DNA from: Syntrophales bacterium
Lineage (GTDB): Bacteria > Desulfobacterota > Syntrophia > Syntrophales > UBA2210
Direction of reading: 5' to 3'
DNA: 64,000 nt
Assembly: GCA_963666365.2 (NCBI GenBank)
Contig: CAXXNF010000001.1
Coordinates: 896,001 to 960,000, forward strand
Positions 49,900-61,794 of the stretch are shown here, one piece after another. The notes under the pieces were generated by a model. That model saw only the letters and a program-made list of their open reading frames with translations, ran no database searches and was not told where the DNA came from. Made by a program: the position numbers and the translations under genes. Every line of letters starts with the position of its first letter. Within the stretch, counting starts at the first letter, position 1.

Positions 49900-50395
49900 G
49901 GTCCCTCCTTCATGTAGTGTATATTCTCCTCTCTCCCCTTATCGGAAAGATATTCAAGTTCGCGAGCCGGCGAACGATTGATTGCGGATGATTGCCCGCC
50001 CCGTTTCCCCCGCCGAAATGCCGGTCCCTGAACGAAAAGGAAACGATCCGGCGGAGAAAGAAGGGCTTTGCGATATAGACATATGCAAGAAAAACCTGCG
50101 GCCTGCCGATGACACATTGTTAGCGTTCAGATGTATAGTTTCCCAGATCCCCCCGTATACAGCTTTTTGTATTGCAAAAATATGGATGACTGTCAAGGGA
50201 AAGATATGAGCGGGGATGAATCCGAATACCATGCACCATGCCATAAATTGATTGACAGGACTCGGTGATCTTCTATAAGAAGTAAAGGACTTGAATGGCG
50301 TCATGAAGGGGGCTTCAGGGCAAAATCATTCGGATGCCATGAACTTGCAGTGCCCATGCTCACCACAATCAGAGGCGAATGGAGCAGAACGGAAC

Positions 50396-51772
50396 ATGTC
50401 TTTTGAAAAGCGGATACTATGTATAGGCGCCGGCTACGTGGGCGGGCCTACCATGGCGATGATTGCGAATAAGTGCCCCCGCTATAAAGTAACGGTGGTG
50501 GATATTAATGAGGAGAGGATCGCACAGTGGCAAAGCGACAGCCTGCCGATTTATGAGCCCGGCCTTGATGAACTGGTTAAAACAACCCGAGGGGAAAACC
50601 TGTTTTTCAGCAGCGACATCGATGCGGCAATAGAGGAATCGGAGATCATTTTCGTCTCAGTGAACACACCGACGAAATCCTTCGGCAAGGGCGAGGGCAT
50701 GGCCGCCGATTTGCAGTTCTGGGAAAAGACGGCGCGCCGGATCGGCGAAGTGGCCCAGTCCGACAAAATAGTGGTAGAGAAAAGCACACTGCCGGTGCGC
50801 ACCGCCTTTGCCATGGAAAGAATCCTTTCGACGATCAACAGCGGCGTTCATTTCGAAGTGCTTTCAAATCCCGAGTTTCTTGCGGAAGGATCAGCCGTGA
50901 ACGATCTGGCTCATCCTGATCGTGTCCTTATCGGTTCACGGGAAACGGAATCGGGCATCCGCGCACGTGACGAACTGGTGAGAATCTATGCACACTGGGT
51001 ACCGAAGGAAAAGATCCTCACCTCCAATCTCTGGAGCAGCGAACTCTCGAAGCTTGTGGCAAACGCCTTTCTGGCCCAGCGCATTTCATCCATCAATACG
51101 ATCTCCGCTCTCTGCGAGAAGACAGAGGCCGATGTAACAGAGGTTGCCCGGGCCATCGGCATGGACAGCAGAATCGGAAACAAGTTCCTGAACGCCAGCA
51201 TCGGTTTTGGCGGATCATGTTTCAAAAAGGATATCCTCAATCTCGTGTACCTCTGCAGGTCCTACGGCCTGGACGACGTGGCGGATTACTGGGAAGGAGT
51301 GGTCAGAATCAATGAATATCAGATGGAACGTTTTGTGACCAGGATGCTGCACACCATGTTCAACACACTGGCGGGAAAAAGGATCTGCCTGCTCGGATTC
51401 GCTTTCAAGGCCAATACGGGGGACACCAGGGAAAGCCCGGCCATTGCAATTGCAAAGAGACTCGTTGAAGAAAAGGCGGCTGTGCACATTACCGACCCTC
51501 AGGCGCTTGCCAATGCACGAAACGACCTCAAGGATGCAGACGGCCTGGTCTCCTTCTTCGACGATCCCTACGAAGCGGCCCGCGGCTGCGATACTATCGC
51601 CGTGGTAACGGAGTGGGATCTTTTCAGGACACTGGACTTCAAAAGGATATATGAATCGATGAGAAAACCGGCCTTCATTTTCGACGGCCGGAACATTCTT
51701 AACCACCGGGAGCTCTTCGAGCTGGGCTTTCATGTGTTCCCTCTCGGAAAGCCCGCCATGAGCCGCTTTTAA
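50396..51772 (+). CDS. ugd: UDP-glucose 6-dehydrogenase
   Basis: [43 protein letters not shown]. Confidence 0.95.
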   Translation: MSFEKRILCIGAGYVGGPTMAMIANKCPRYKVTVVDINEERIAQWQSDSLPIYEPGLDELVKTTRGENLFFSSDIDAAIEESEIIFVSVNTPTKSFGKGEGMAADLQFWEKTARRIGEVAQSDKIVVEKSTLPVRTAFAMERILSTINSGVHFEVLSNPEFLAEGSAVNDLAHPDRVLIGSRETESGIRARDELVRIYAHWVPKEKILTSNLWSSELSKLVANAFLAQRISSINTISALCEKTEADVTEVARAIGMDSRIGNKFLNASIGFGGSCFKKDILNLVYLCRSYGLDDVADYWEGVVRINEYQMERFVTRMLHTMFNTLAGKRICLLGFAFKANTGDTRESPAIAIAKRLVEEKAAVHITDPQALANARNDLKDADGLVSFFDDPYEAARGCDTIAVVTEWDLFRTLDFKRIYESMRKPAFIFDGRNILNHRELFELGFHVFPLGKPAMSRF

Positions 51773-51782
51773 AGGAGGAAGG

Positions 51783-52724
51783 GTGTATCACCGGCAAAAA
51801 AGAATCCTGGTGACGGGGGGCGCGGGTTTTCTGGGATCCCATCTGTGCGAGCGACTTGCCGCCGAAGGACACGACGTCCTCTGTCTCGACAATTTTTTTA
51901 CAGGGGCAAAGGACAATATTGTCCACCTCATCCCTCTTCCGAATATCGAGCTGATCCGCCACGACATCACCCAGCCCATAATGCTCGAGGTAGATGAAAT
52001 CTATAACCTGGCCTGCCCTGCCTCGCCCATCCACTACAAGGTCAATCCGATCAAGACGGTAAAAACAAACGTCATGGGCGCCATCAACATGCTCGGCCTG
52101 GCCAAGCGGGTCAAGTGCAAAATGTTGCAGGCCTCCACCAGCGAGGTCTACGGCGATCCCCTGATACATCCACAGCGGGAAGACTACTGGGGAAATGTCA
52201 ATCCCATCGGCCTCAGGTCCTGTTACGACGAGGGAAAGCGGTGCGCCGAAACACTCTGTTTCGATTATCACCGTCAGAACGGGGTTGCGATCAAGGTGGT
52301 GCGCATTTTCAATACCTACGGCCCGCGAATGCACCCCCATGACGGCCGCGTAGTCAGCAATTTCATAATGCAGGCCCTGCAGGGAAAAGATCTGACAATT
52401 TACGGCGATGGAAGCCAAACCCGCTCGTTCTGTTATGTCGACGATTTAATACACGGGTTGATTGCAATGATGAATGGACCGGACGATTTCGTAGGCCCCG
52501 TCAATCTGGGCAATCCCGGTGAATTTACCATGCGGGAGCTGGCAGAGCGTATCATAGATCTGACGGAAAGCACCTCTCGCATCATCTTTGAGGCGGCATC
52601 CCCCGACGACCCGGCACGCCGCAGGCCGGACATCGAGCTTGCCGCACAAATCCTGGGCTGGCAGCCTTCCATTGACCTGGATGAGGGATTGAAACGGACA
52701 ATCGCCTACTTCAGATCGCTGTAG
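51783..52724 (+). CDS. UDP-glucuronate decarboxylase (UDP-xylose synthase) family SDR
   Basis: [46 protein letters not shown]. Confidence 0.92.
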   Translation: MYHRQKRILVTGGAGFLGSHLCERLAAEGHDVLCLDNFFTGAKDNIVHLIPLPNIELIRHDITQPIMLEVDEIYNLACPASPIHYKVNPIKTVKTNVMGAINMLGLAKRVKCKMLQASTSEVYGDPLIHPQREDYWGNVNPIGLRSCYDEGKRCAETLCFDYHRQNGVAIKVVRIFNTYGPRMHPHDGRVVSNFIMQALQGKDLTIYGDGSQTRSFCYVDDLIHGLIAMMNGPDDFVGPVNLGNPGEFTMRELAERIIDLTESTSRIIFEAASPDDPARRRPDIELAAQILGWQPSIDLDEGLKRTIAYFRSL

Positions 52725-52796
52725 GCCGCCCTCCCATCCTGCAGGACAGGCGCCGACTCTGATCAGGCGCTTATAGCTGCAGGCAGGACCCATATC

Positions 52797-53951
52797 ATGT
52801 TCCTGACGTCTTTTTTTCGATTCAGTTCCGGCTTCCGGCGACTTTTTATTGCCTTTTGTGTCGCAGCGGCATGCACCATTCCCGGAAAGATACCCCCCTC
52901 ATGGGCGACCGATTCGTCATCATGGGCCCTCACGGCCCGTCCCTGGCCCGAGGCCTCCGCGCTGTTCCGCAGCGACCCGCATTGGCTCGGCGGCGACGGC
53001 GCCTCGTCGGTAGCCCTGGGCAGGGAGAGAATCCTATGGTTTTTCGGGGACAGCTTCGTGAATCCCGACACGTCGGGCAGTCGCCGTGACGCGGTGATCG
53101 TTCGCAACAGCCTGGCACTTCAGGAAGGAACAAATCCGGCACAGTCCCGACTTTCATTCTTTTGGAACAGTCAGTCGGAACCACCAGGCTCTTTCTTTAA
53201 AGAACAGGGATCCCGTTGGTTCTGGCCCGGATGCGGAATCCGGATCGGGGACCGGCTCCTGCTGTTTCTCATGGAAGTGGAAAAAAGCGAGAACGCCCTC
53301 GGATTCGATCTTGCCGGCTGGAGAGCGGCACTCATCACAAACCCGGATAAACAACCGGGGTGCTGGCAGCTCCGTTGGCTTGCGGCGCCTTCCGTGTATT
53401 CCGATATGATCATAGGATCGGGAAGCGCTCTCGTGGAAGGATTGTTCCTCTATACCTTCGGAGTCGATCGTCGCACCCACAAGGTGTATCTCCTGAGATG
53501 GCCCCTCTCGGCTATACGACAGGGCGACCTTTCGGCGCCCCAGTGGCGCATAAAGGACACATGGCGGAAACAGCATCCCGCGGATCCTCTGCCCACGGCG
53601 ATTTTCCGCACCGGCGCCATGGAATTCACCGTTCATTACGACCGGAAAATCCGGCAGTACCTGGAGATGGAAACAGGCGCTCTCGGCGAATCAAGGCTCT
53701 TCGTCCGCAGCGCCCCGACCCTTGCCGGGCCCTGGTCTGAACGCCGTCCTTTCTACCGTCCCTCCGAAACCAGGGATGCCGGACTCATGATATACGCCGG
53801 AAAGGCTCATCCCGAACTTTCAGGGGCGCGCCTCGTGCTCACCTACGTGGCGAATGCCATGGATTACTCACGCCTGCTGACGGACCGGGACATTTACTAT
53901 CCCGTAGTGCTGAGGGGAGAGATCGCCAGACCGGCCGATACCCTCAACTAA
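52797..53951 (+). CDS. Exported hypothetical protein (DUF4185/DUF5005-like)
   Basis: Signal peptide; WLGGDGASS, LWFFGDSF, IVRNS, GPWS, YAGKAHPE. Confidence 0.65.
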   Translation: MFLTSFFRFSSGFRRLFIAFCVAAACTIPGKIPPSWATDSSSWALTARPWPEASALFRSDPHWLGGDGASSVALGRERILWFFGDSFVNPDTSGSRRDAVIVRNSLALQEGTNPAQSRLSFFWNSQSEPPGSFFKEQGSRWFWPGCGIRIGDRLLLFLMEVEKSENALGFDLAGWRAALITNPDKQPGCWQLRWLAAPSVYSDMIIGSGSALVEGLFLYTFGVDRRTHKVYLLRWPLSAIRQGDLSAPQWRIKDTWRKQHPADPLPTAIFRTGAMEFTVHYDRKIRQYLEMETGALGESRLFVRSAPTLAGPWSERRPFYRPSETRDAGLMIYAGKAHPELSGARLVLTYVANAMDYSRLLTDRDIYYPVVLRGEIARPADTLN

Positions 53952-54060
53952 TTCACGTTCGTTGGCGATGCATTCCCCATTTAAGACAACGGCGAATACG
54001 CACGAATGAACGCTAATTTTAAAATGGGTATTCCTGTCTATTGGCGTTCATCCGCGGTTG
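53951..54060. repeat. REP-like imperfect palindromes between convergent genes
   Basis: ATGAACGCTAAT / ATTGGCGTTCAT arms with CGAAT repeats. Confidence 0.45.
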
Positions 54061-54072
54061 TTTCTCAAAGGT

Positions 54073-54984
54073 TTAACGCGCCAGCCACATTCTCAGACTG
54101 CGGGTTACCAGATCGGCCGCATCCTGCTGCACAAAATGGCCCGAATCGGGAATGGTGACCAGCGTCATGTCCTTCTCCACATACTCCCATGTGCCGTTCA
54201 GGGCGGCGGGGAGAATCGCCGTGTCCTTCAGACCGAAAATTACAAGAAGCGGTGCCGTGATTTTGGGCAGCCTTTGGGCCAGCTTCTCCGGAAATTCATC
54301 CTTAGCGGGATAATTCCGCTTGTAATAATTAAGCATCGCTTTTACATCGGACCGATTGAATGCCTCGATGTAGGCCTTCCGGGCTTCGGGATCGGACACC
54401 CACAGGGAAAGCACTTCGGCGTCACTCTTGCCTGCAAGCGATCCCGGATCTACGGCGTATTCCACCAGAAGATTGTTGTCGGTAAATATTTTTGCAATAT
54501 TCAGATGGGCATCTGCTCTCTGGAAATCTCTCGCATACTGGCTGTGACGCCGCTGGACGGGATTATTCGAGATCTCCCGGGCAAGACAGAGCGGGTGGGC
54601 CACATTCATGATCACCAGCCGGTCCACCAGGTCGGGCCTCATCATCCCGAAAGCCCAGCTGATGGCGCCCCCCCAGTCATGTCCCACGATAATCGCTTTT
54701 TTCTCGCCGAAATGGGCGATTACAGCGGCGATATCCCCCACGAGCAGATGCATGGCATAACTGTCAACGTCGTCCGGTTTATCGCTCAGATTATACCCCC
54801 GCGTATCGAGAGCCACACAGTGATACTCAGCCGACAGCACCTCCATCTGATGCCGCCATGTATACCAGTAGTCGGGAAATCCATGCACCATCACCATAAG
54901 CGGTCCTTCCCCCAGACTCGCATAATGGATCTTCACCCCTTCGTTTTCCACATAGCCATGACGAACACGTTCTTCAAAACTCAT
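54073..54984 (-). CDS. Alpha/beta hydrolase (epoxide-hydrolase-like)
   Basis: [33 protein letters not shown] before ATG. Confidence 0.9.
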   Translation of the reverse strand: MSFEERVRHGYVENEGVKIHYASLGEGPLMVMVHGFPDYWYTWRHQMEVLSAEYHCVALDTRGYNLSDKPDDVDSYAMHLLVGDIAAVIAHFGEKKAIIVGHDWGGAISWAFGMMRPDLVDRLVIMNVAHPLCLAREISNNPVQRRHSQYARDFQRADAHLNIAKIFTDNNLLVEYAVDPGSLAGKSDAEVLSLWVSDPEARKAYIEAFNRSDVKAMLNYYKRNYPAKDEFPEKLAQRLPKITAPLLVIFGLKDTAILPAALNGTWEYVEKDMTLVTIPDSGHFVQQDAADLVTRSLRMWLAR

Positions 54985-55410
54985 CTTCAACCTCCTATCA
55001 TGATGATCTGCGTAAATTTGCGCCCTCTCCCTAAGGCCTGTCTCCATCCCGCACTTTCATTCTTCCACATTAATTTGACATAACGCAAAGAGTCCTCCGC
55101 CGCAATAAAAATAACCTTCCATAACCGACCTTCTTGTACAGCCGCTGATCGGCGTCATGAAAATCCTCTTTTTCATTTTTGAATCTCATCGTTTATCGCA
55201 GGGATTTTAAGCAATTTGCTGAACAAAGATCCTGAAAATACAAGCGAAAAACCAGTGCTTCCCCGATGGCATATCCACAGATGACAGGCTAGTGTCATTA
55301 CACACTCACGAAGGAACAGCGGCAAAGAGGCTTGTCAGAGGGGTACAACGGCGCGTTCGGTGAATGTCGTCAATCGGAAACACGGAAAGGCTTGCTACAG
55401 GAGGTGCACT

Positions 55411-56874
55411 ATGAAATTCAAGGAACTGGACAGACTCTTCAACCCCCGCAGCGTCGCATTGATAGGCGCATCGGCAACTCCGGGGAAATGGGGGTACCAT
55501 GTGCTTTTTAATATTCTCAAAGCGGACTTCTCGGGACAGGTACATGCAGTGAACCCGAAAGGCGGCTCGGTCCTGGGAATGGAGTGCCGTCGCTCTTTAA
55601 GTGAAGTTCCCGGCGCCGTGGATCTGGCCGTCATCACCACACCGGCTCCCACCGTTCTGAACCTCATCGAAGAATGCGGGCGCAAGGGGGTGAAGCATGC
55701 AGTGGTCATCACCTCCGATTTCAGTGAAACGGGCGCCGAGGGCGCGCGAATGGAGCGGGAGTTGGTGGCAAAGGCCCGGAAATATGGAATGCGGCTCGTC
55801 GGTCCCAATACAATGGGGATATACAGTGCCAAATCCAACCTTCATGCACTTCTGCCGCCGGTAATGCCGCGTCATGGAGGTCTTTCCATGTTTTCCCAGA
55901 GTGGAAACGTAGGAGTTCAGATGCTGTACTGGGGCAACAACAAGGGGGTGGGGTTTGAAAAATTCGTAAGCAGCGGCAATGAAGGAGATCTGAAATGTGA
56001 AGATTATCTCAGATATTTTGCTGACGACGAGGCCACCAGAGTCATCATCGCCTATATGGAAGGACTCGATCCCGACTCCGCCCTCTATCCGGTAGCGCAT
56101 GCCGTCTCGCATAAAAAACCCATACTCATATTCAAGGGGGGACGAACCGACACGGGAGGAAAAGCGGCCGCATCGCACAGCGGCGCCATGGCCTGTTCGT
56201 CGAAGGTTCTGCGTGCGGCCTTTCATCAGGCGGGCATCATCGAGGTTGAGGACAGCCAGGAATTGATGGACTGTGCCTCCCTGCTCGCCGTCTACCCGAT
56301 TCCACAGGGGAAACGGGTAGGGATACTCACCCGAGGGGGCGGATGGGGCGTCATCACCGCCGATGCCTGCGAAGAACAGGGATTGGTAGTGCCCAAACTG
56401 CCCGATAGGATCATAGACAGATTAAACAAGATCCTACCCCAGTTCTGGAGTCACGGCAATCCAGTGGATATGGCGGCGACACTGGGGGCGCAGCCCTATC
56501 TGGATTGCATGGAGACTCTCGCACATTGGGATGGCGTCGATTCGATCATCGCCCTGGGGGGATCCCTCGCAGAAGCCTTTGATGTAGCGCCGAAGGGCAA
56601 CGGCTCGAAAGAAATAAAAGACGCCGAGCGCCTGATGGAACTGCTCAAGGGAGAAATAGAAAAAGAGTCTGAACTGGTCGTGCGCCACATGCGACAGCTT
56701 GTCGCAGACACGGGAAAACCGATCATCTCGGTGAGCATTACGGGAGCTGAAATGGACGGATCCGACCCGGATCAGTCGGGCATTGTCGCATATCCCACAC
56801 CGGAACGGGCAGTGCGCGTTCTGAAACACATGATTAATTATCATGACTATTTGAAGCTGCGCAAAGCGGCATAG
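55411..56874 (+). CDS. Acetate/acyl-CoA ligase (ADP-forming) alpha subunit
   Basis: FNPRSVALIGAS, VGPNTMG, SQSG, AAASHSGA (phospho-His), NPVDM; no ATP-grasp domain. Confidence 0.88.
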   Translation: MKFKELDRLFNPRSVALIGASATPGKWGYHVLFNILKADFSGQVHAVNPKGGSVLGMECRRSLSEVPGAVDLAVITTPAPTVLNLIEECGRKGVKHAVVITSDFSETGAEGARMERELVAKARKYGMRLVGPNTMGIYSAKSNLHALLPPVMPRHGGLSMFSQSGNVGVQMLYWGNNKGVGFEKFVSSGNEGDLKCEDYLRYFADDEATRVIIAYMEGLDPDSALYPVAHAVSHKKPILIFKGGRTDTGGKAAASHSGAMACSSKVLRAAFHQAGIIEVEDSQELMDCASLLAVYPIPQGKRVGILTRGGGWGVITADACEEQGLVVPKLPDRIIDRLNKILPQFWSHGNPVDMAATLGAQPYLDCMETLAHWDGVDSIIALGGSLAEAFDVAPKGNGSKEIKDAERLMELLKGEIEKESELVVRHMRQLVADTGKPIISVSITGAEMDGSDPDQSGIVAYPTPERAVRVLKHMINYHDYLKLRKAA

Positions 56875-56982
56875 GAAGGTCGACTTAGTCGAGGTTTTTA
56901 CGACGGCGGCAATTTTGTTCTTGATAATCTATGCGTCATAGTGAAGAATAACGTAAAATTTTTCACGAGGAGGAACCCACAT

Positions 56983-57441
56983 ATGTTTAAGAAAATTCTC
57001 TACCCTACCGACTTCTCCGAAATTGCATCCAAAACAATCGAAGTGATTGGACAGTTGAAAGGCGCGGGAGCAGAGGAAGTGGTAGTCGTCCATATCATCG
57101 ACCGACGCACCCTTGACGCCCTGCTCAAACTCGAAACCGAAACAGCCATTCGAACCAGCTCAAATACGTTCAAAGAGTTGAAAGAAAAACGGATTGAACA
57201 GGTCGAGAGCAAGATGGAGACACTGAAAAAAGAACTGGAATCCAAGGGATTCAAAGTGAAAACACGCGTCGAAATAGACATCCCCTTCCTTGGAATACTC
57301 AAGGCGGAAAAGGAAGAGGACGTTTCGGCCATCGTGATAGGTTCCCACGGTTTAAGCAACATCGAAGAGATGTTTCTCGGGTCCGTCTCGGAAAAGGTTA
57401 TTCGAAAGGCCAAAAAACCGGTTATCGTTGTTAAAAGGTAA
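56983..57441 (+). CDS. Universal stress protein
   Basis: KKILYPTDFS, IVIGSHG, FLGSVSEKVIR, PVIVV. Confidence 0.93.
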   Translation: MFKKILYPTDFSEIASKTIEVIGQLKGAGAEEVVVVHIIDRRTLDALLKLETETAIRTSSNTFKELKEKRIEQVESKMETLKKELESKGFKVKTRVEIDIPFLGILKAEKEEDVSAIVIGSHGLSNIEEMFLGSVSEKVIRKAKKPVIVVKR

Positions 57442-57460
57442 TGACTGATTGTATCTATAT

Positions 57461-57545
57461 TTTTTTCCTCCCGCAGGGACGCAGAGAAATAGAAAATGTT
57501 TTTTTTCTGCCTCTTGGTGTCTCTGCGGGAAAAAAATGAATCAGT
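57461..57545. repeat. REP/MITE-like palindromic element (CCCGCAGAG family), inverted copy
   Basis: TCCCGCAGGGAC / GTCTCTGCGGGA arms; reverse complement aligns with 26732-26818. Confidence 0.7.
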
Positions 57546-57567
57546 TGGCTTAGACGTCCGTTCAGCT

Positions 57568-57650
57568 TGTCATTTCGAGCGAATGCGAGAAATCCATGTC
57601 CCGAGCAAAGCGAGGTATCTTTAAGGTTTCTCCCTATGGTCGAAATGACA
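57568..57650. repeat. GTCATT-type REP-like palindrome
   Basis: Terminal inverted repeat TGTCATTTCGA ... TCGAAATGACA with two internal CGAGCRAAxGCGAG-like units. Confidence 0.7.
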
Positions 57651-57677
57651 CCAACTTAGTTTTTTATTTTTTACTTT

Positions 57678-59540
57678 TCAAACCTGTCCGCTTTTTCCAC
57701 TTTTTTGCCGCGTACTGAAATACTCCCGAATCTTCGCCGCAAGGGCCGGACCGATTCCGTCAACGGCGGCGAGGTCTTCCAGCGATGCCTTCTTCACATC
57801 CTCGATATTTTTAAAATGGGAGAGAAGCGCTCTTTTTTTCGCCTCGCCGATGCCGGCGATGCCGTCGAGGTCGGACCGGAAGTCATCGCGCCGCTTGAGG
57901 CGGCGATGATAGGTGATGGCGAAGCGGTGGGCCTCGTCTCTGATTTGTTGAAGGAGACGGAGGATGGAAGGCGCTGAAGAAAGATAGAGAGGGTTTTTTC
58001 TTCCGGGGAGATACACCCGGTCTTCATCCTTGCGGACGACCGACCGCTGTTTCCCCGGCGTGACCCGCGCCTCTTTTGCCAGTCCCACCGCATCGACGCC
58101 GTCGATGCCCAGCTCGGTAAGGACGGCCAGAGCCACACCGAGCTGTCCCCTGCCGCCGTCCACTACTATCAGATCGGGCATATCTTCTTTTTCGGCGTAG
58201 CGCCGCGAGAGCATCTCGTACATCATGCCGTAGTCGCCGGCCTCGGGTCCTGCATGGATTTTAAACCGGCGGTAGGAGGACGTATCGGCTTTCCCTTCGC
58301 GAAAGACCACCATGGACCCTACGGCGTGGCGGCCTTGCAGCCCCGATATATCAAAACACTCGATCCGGCGGGGAAGCTTTTTTAAATGAAGCACGGCGGC
58401 GCACTCCGCCAAAATTTTCTCTGAATCTTCGGCGGCGCTGCGCTCCGACTGCAGTACCGCTTTGGCGTTCTCCGTCGCCATCGCAAGAAGATCCCGACCG
58501 GCGCCCCGTTTCGGCACGAGCACCGACACCCTTTTTCCCCTTGCGTCCGTAAGCCATTCTTCCACCACCGCCCTGTCATCGAGAGGCTCGGGAACAAGAA
58601 TTTCCCGGGGTATCACGCCCCCCCTGTCGTAATACTGTTTCAGCAGGGCTGAGAGTACTTCTCCCATGGGCGCCGCCGCCCTGGTAAGCGAAAAACTGCG
58701 CCGACCCGTGATCGATCCTTTCCTGACATGGATTGCACAGACCTGGATATGATCATTGTCACGCCAAAGTCCGAACACATCCTGATCCTTGCCGGAGGCG
58801 GACACTACCCGCTGTTTCTCGATGGTTGCCTCAATGGCGGCAATACGGTCGCGAAGTGTGGCCGCTTCTTCGAAATCGAGGCTTTCGGACGCCGCTTCCA
58901 TCTGCCTTTGCAGCATCGAAAGGACTGCACGTTCCCGTCCCTCCAGAAAGAGCACCGCTTCTGAAAGAAGTGCTTCATAGGCATCTTCTCCTATCAGTCC
59001 GGCACAGGGGGCAAGGCATCGTTTTATCTCATATTCGATGCAGGGACGACGGCGGCTTTTGAATTCCAGGTCCCGGCAGGTACGCAGGGGAAAGAGCTTA
59101 TGAAGAAAGCGGAGCGTTTTTTTTACGGCGGTGCTCGACGAGTAGGGCCCGAAATACCTCGCGCCGTCACGTTTGATTTTCCGCACCAGCTCAAAGCGGG
59201 GAAATTCTTTTCTTGTATCGAGGCGAATGGAAAAGTACGCCTTGTCATCCCGCAGCATGACGTTGTAACGGGGCTTCAGTTTCTTGATCAGTGTGTTTTC
59301 GAGGATGAGGGCTTCTTTTTCCGTCCCCGTGACGACCCATTCGAAATCCTTTATTTTCGGAACCATGAAAGGGATCATGGGGCGGCCGTCGGAAACACCG
59401 AAGTAGGATCGAACACGGTTTTTCAGATGTTTCGCCTTGCCCACATAGATCACGGCGCCTTTGGCATCCTTCATTAAGTAGACGCCGGGGCTTCCCGGCG
59501 TCCGGGTCAACTTTTCCTGCAGTTCCTTTACGTCGGTCAT
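57678..59540 (-). CDS. uvrC: Excinuclease ABC subunit C
   Basis: PGVYLMK, IYVGKAK, RVRSYF, RIECFDIS, PDLIVVDGG, RDEAHRFA, HhH tail. Confidence 0.97.
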   Translation of the reverse strand: MTDVKELQEKLTRTPGSPGVYLMKDAKGAVIYVGKAKHLKNRVRSYFGVSDGRPMIPFMVPKIKDFEWVVTGTEKEALILENTLIKKLKPRYNVMLRDDKAYFSIRLDTRKEFPRFELVRKIKRDGARYFGPYSSSTAVKKTLRFLHKLFPLRTCRDLEFKSRRRPCIEYEIKRCLAPCAGLIGEDAYEALLSEAVLFLEGRERAVLSMLQRQMEAASESLDFEEAATLRDRIAAIEATIEKQRVVSASGKDQDVFGLWRDNDHIQVCAIHVRKGSITGRRSFSLTRAAAPMGEVLSALLKQYYDRGGVIPREILVPEPLDDRAVVEEWLTDARGKRVSVLVPKRGAGRDLLAMATENAKAVLQSERSAAEDSEKILAECAAVLHLKKLPRRIECFDISGLQGRHAVGSMVVFREGKADTSSYRRFKIHAGPEAGDYGMMYEMLSRRYAEKEDMPDLIVVDGGRGQLGVALAVLTELGIDGVDAVGLAKEARVTPGKQRSVVRKDEDRVYLPGRKNPLYLSSAPSILRLLQQIRDEAHRFAITYHRRLKRRDDFRSDLDGIAGIGEAKKRALLSHFKNIEDVKKASLEDLAAVDGIGPALAAKIREYFSTRQKSGKSGQV

Positions 59541-59557
59541 CGGCCACCGCAATTCGG

Positions 59558-61558
59558 CTACCAGTAGGTCAGTTCCGCCTCCAGGCGCTTCAGTTCCCGG
59601 ATCTTGTCCCGCAATTCTCCGGCGAGTTCGAATTCGAGCCTCTCGGCGGCCGCCTTCATCTGCTTCGTCATTTCTTCAACCTCGGCGCGCACTTCTTCAG
59701 GCGACAGCGGCCCTGCATCCCCCACGGCGGCGGGAATAGTCACATAATCGGCCTCGTAAATGGAGGCCAGGATATCGTTAATGGATTTTTTGATGGTTTC
59801 CGGTGTGATTCCGTGCCGTTCGTTGTAGTCCTTCTGGATTTCTCTTCTCCGTTTCGTTTCCGAAAGGCAGGCCCGAATCGATTCCGTCACGATATCGGCA
59901 TACATAATCACCCGGCCGTTCACGTTCCTGGCGGCGCGTCCGCTTGTCTGCATGAGGGAACGCTCGGAGCGGAGAAATCCTTCCTTGTCAGCATCGAGGA
60001 TAGCCACCAGCGCCACCTCGGGAATATCGAGCCCTTCCCGCAACAGATTGACCCCCACAAGCACATCGTACCGGCCGATTCGCAGATCTCTGATAATGGC
60101 AACCCGTTCCAGTGTTTTTACGTCGGAATGCAGGTAGGTCACGCGAAGCCCCAGACCGTGATAATATTCCGTCAGATTTTCCGCCATTCTCTTGGTGAGC
60201 GTGGTCACGAGTATTCGCTCTTTCTGTTCGACACACCGGCCGATCTCTCCCAGAAGGTCCTCGACCTGGTGGGTGACAGGCTTCACGATAATCTCCGGAT
60301 CCATGAGACCGGTGGGCCGTATGATCTGCTCCACCACCCTCCCCTCCGAGTGCGTCAGTTCGTATTCCGCCGGCGTGGCCGAGACATAGATCCTCTGCTG
60401 GGGAAACTTTTCGAACTCTTCAAACATGAGCGGCCGGTTGTCCAGTGCCGAGGGAAGCCGGAACCCATACTCCACCAGGGTCTCTTTTCGCGACCGGTCA
60501 CCCCGAAACATACCGCGAAGCTGGGGCGCCGTGACATGGCTTTCGTCAATGACGACCAGTGCGTCATCGGGCAGATATTCCATGAGCGTAGGCGGGGGCT
60601 CGCCGGGCCTGCGGCCGGTCAGATGGCGTGAATAATTTTCGATTCCCTGGCAGTAGCCCATCTCCTCCATCATCTCGATATCGAAAAAGGTGCGCTGCTC
60701 AAGCCGCTGCGCCTCGAGCAGTTTACCACGACTCTTGAGATCGGCGAGCCGTTCTTCAAGCTCCACTCTGATCGCCGCGACGGCCCGCGTCATATCGGCG
60801 GCCGACGTGACATAATGGCTGCCCGGATAGATCCGTACGCGATCGAGCCGTTCCAGGATTTTTCCGCGAAGAGGATCGACCAGGGCGATGGCGTCTACTG
60901 TATCGCCGAAAAATTCAACCCGGATCGCCCGGTCCTCTGCATAAGGAGGGATGATCTCCACCACGTCCCCGCGGACGCGAAAGGTCCCCCGGTGAAAGTC
61001 GACATCGTTCCGCTCGTATTGAATTTCCACCAGACGCCGCAGCATGGCGTCGCGACCAATTTCCTTGTCTTTTTCCACCAGCAGCTGCATCTCGTTGTAG
61101 CTTTCGCGGGCGCCGATTCCGTAGATGCAGGAAACACTGGCCACGATAATGACGTCCCGTCGCTCCAGAAGCGAACGGGTCGCCGAATGACGGAGCTTGT
61201 CGATTTCATCATTGATCGACGCATCTTTTTCGATATAGGTATCGGTGGTGGGAAGGTAGGCTTCTGGTTGATAATAATCGTAGTAACTGACGAAATATTC
61301 CACGGCGTTTTCGGGAAAAAGGGCGGCAAACTCGCTGTAGAGCTGGGCTGCCAGGGTTTTATTGTGGGCGATGACCAGTGCGGGCCGCTGCGTCCGTTCG
61401 ATGCAGTTGGCGATGGTAAAGGTCTTTCCCGACCCGGTCACCCCGAGCAGCACCTGATGGGGACGACCCTCAACGACTCCCGCCGCCAAATCCTCGATAG
61501 CCCGGGGCTGGTCCCCCCGGGGCTTAAATTCCGTTGCCAGCTTAAAATGTTCCTTCAC
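59558..61558 (-). CDS. uvrB: Excinuclease ABC subunit B
   Basis: [48 protein letters not shown] with GAGGAG RBS. Confidence 0.98.
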   Translation of the reverse strand: MKEHFKLATEFKPRGDQPRAIEDLAAGVVEGRPHQVLLGVTGSGKTFTIANCIERTQRPALVIAHNKTLAAQLYSEFAALFPENAVEYFVSYYDYYQPEAYLPTTDTYIEKDASINDEIDKLRHSATRSLLERRDVIIVASVSCIYGIGARESYNEMQLLVEKDKEIGRDAMLRRLVEIQYERNDVDFHRGTFRVRGDVVEIIPPYAEDRAIRVEFFGDTVDAIALVDPLRGKILERLDRVRIYPGSHYVTSAADMTRAVAAIRVELEERLADLKSRGKLLEAQRLEQRTFFDIEMMEEMGYCQGIENYSRHLTGRRPGEPPPTLMEYLPDDALVVIDESHVTAPQLRGMFRGDRSRKETLVEYGFRLPSALDNRPLMFEEFEKFPQQRIYVSATPAEYELTHSEGRVVEQIIRPTGLMDPEIIVKPVTHQVEDLLGEIGRCVEQKERILVTTLTKRMAENLTEYYHGLGLRVTYLHSDVKTLERVAIIRDLRIGRYDVLVGVNLLREGLDIPEVALVAILDADKEGFLRSERSLMQTSGRAARNVNGRVIMYADIVTESIRACLSETKRRREIQKDYNERHGITPETIKKSINDILASIYEADYVTIPAAVGDAGPLSPEEVRAEVEEMTKQMKAAAERLEFELAGELRDKIRELKRLEAELTYW

Positions 61559-61794
61559 ACACCACTCCTCACCCACCATCCTGAAATCAGGACGTTACCA
61601 TGTCCCCCGCTCCCCTGCAACTATCTCTTTGACTCTTAAAGATTTCTTTCATCATGTTATTTTGTTTGAGCAGAAGAAATACCATATTGACAAGATGCTC
61701 CTGCACCCTGTAGAGAATAAGAAACGGGACATAAGGCAGGGTGAAATCGGCATTTCCGTGTTGACACACGATGTGCCTTCCAAGGAAAGAAATC

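Noticed and set aside
50228..50245. Minus-strand sigma54 promoter TGGCATGGTGCATGGT for dctP
   Set aside because: The -12 position is GG rather than GC, and I could not identify supporting upstream enhancer sites
61559..61794. LexA/SOS box upstream of uvrB
   Set aside because: No recognisable palindromic operator found
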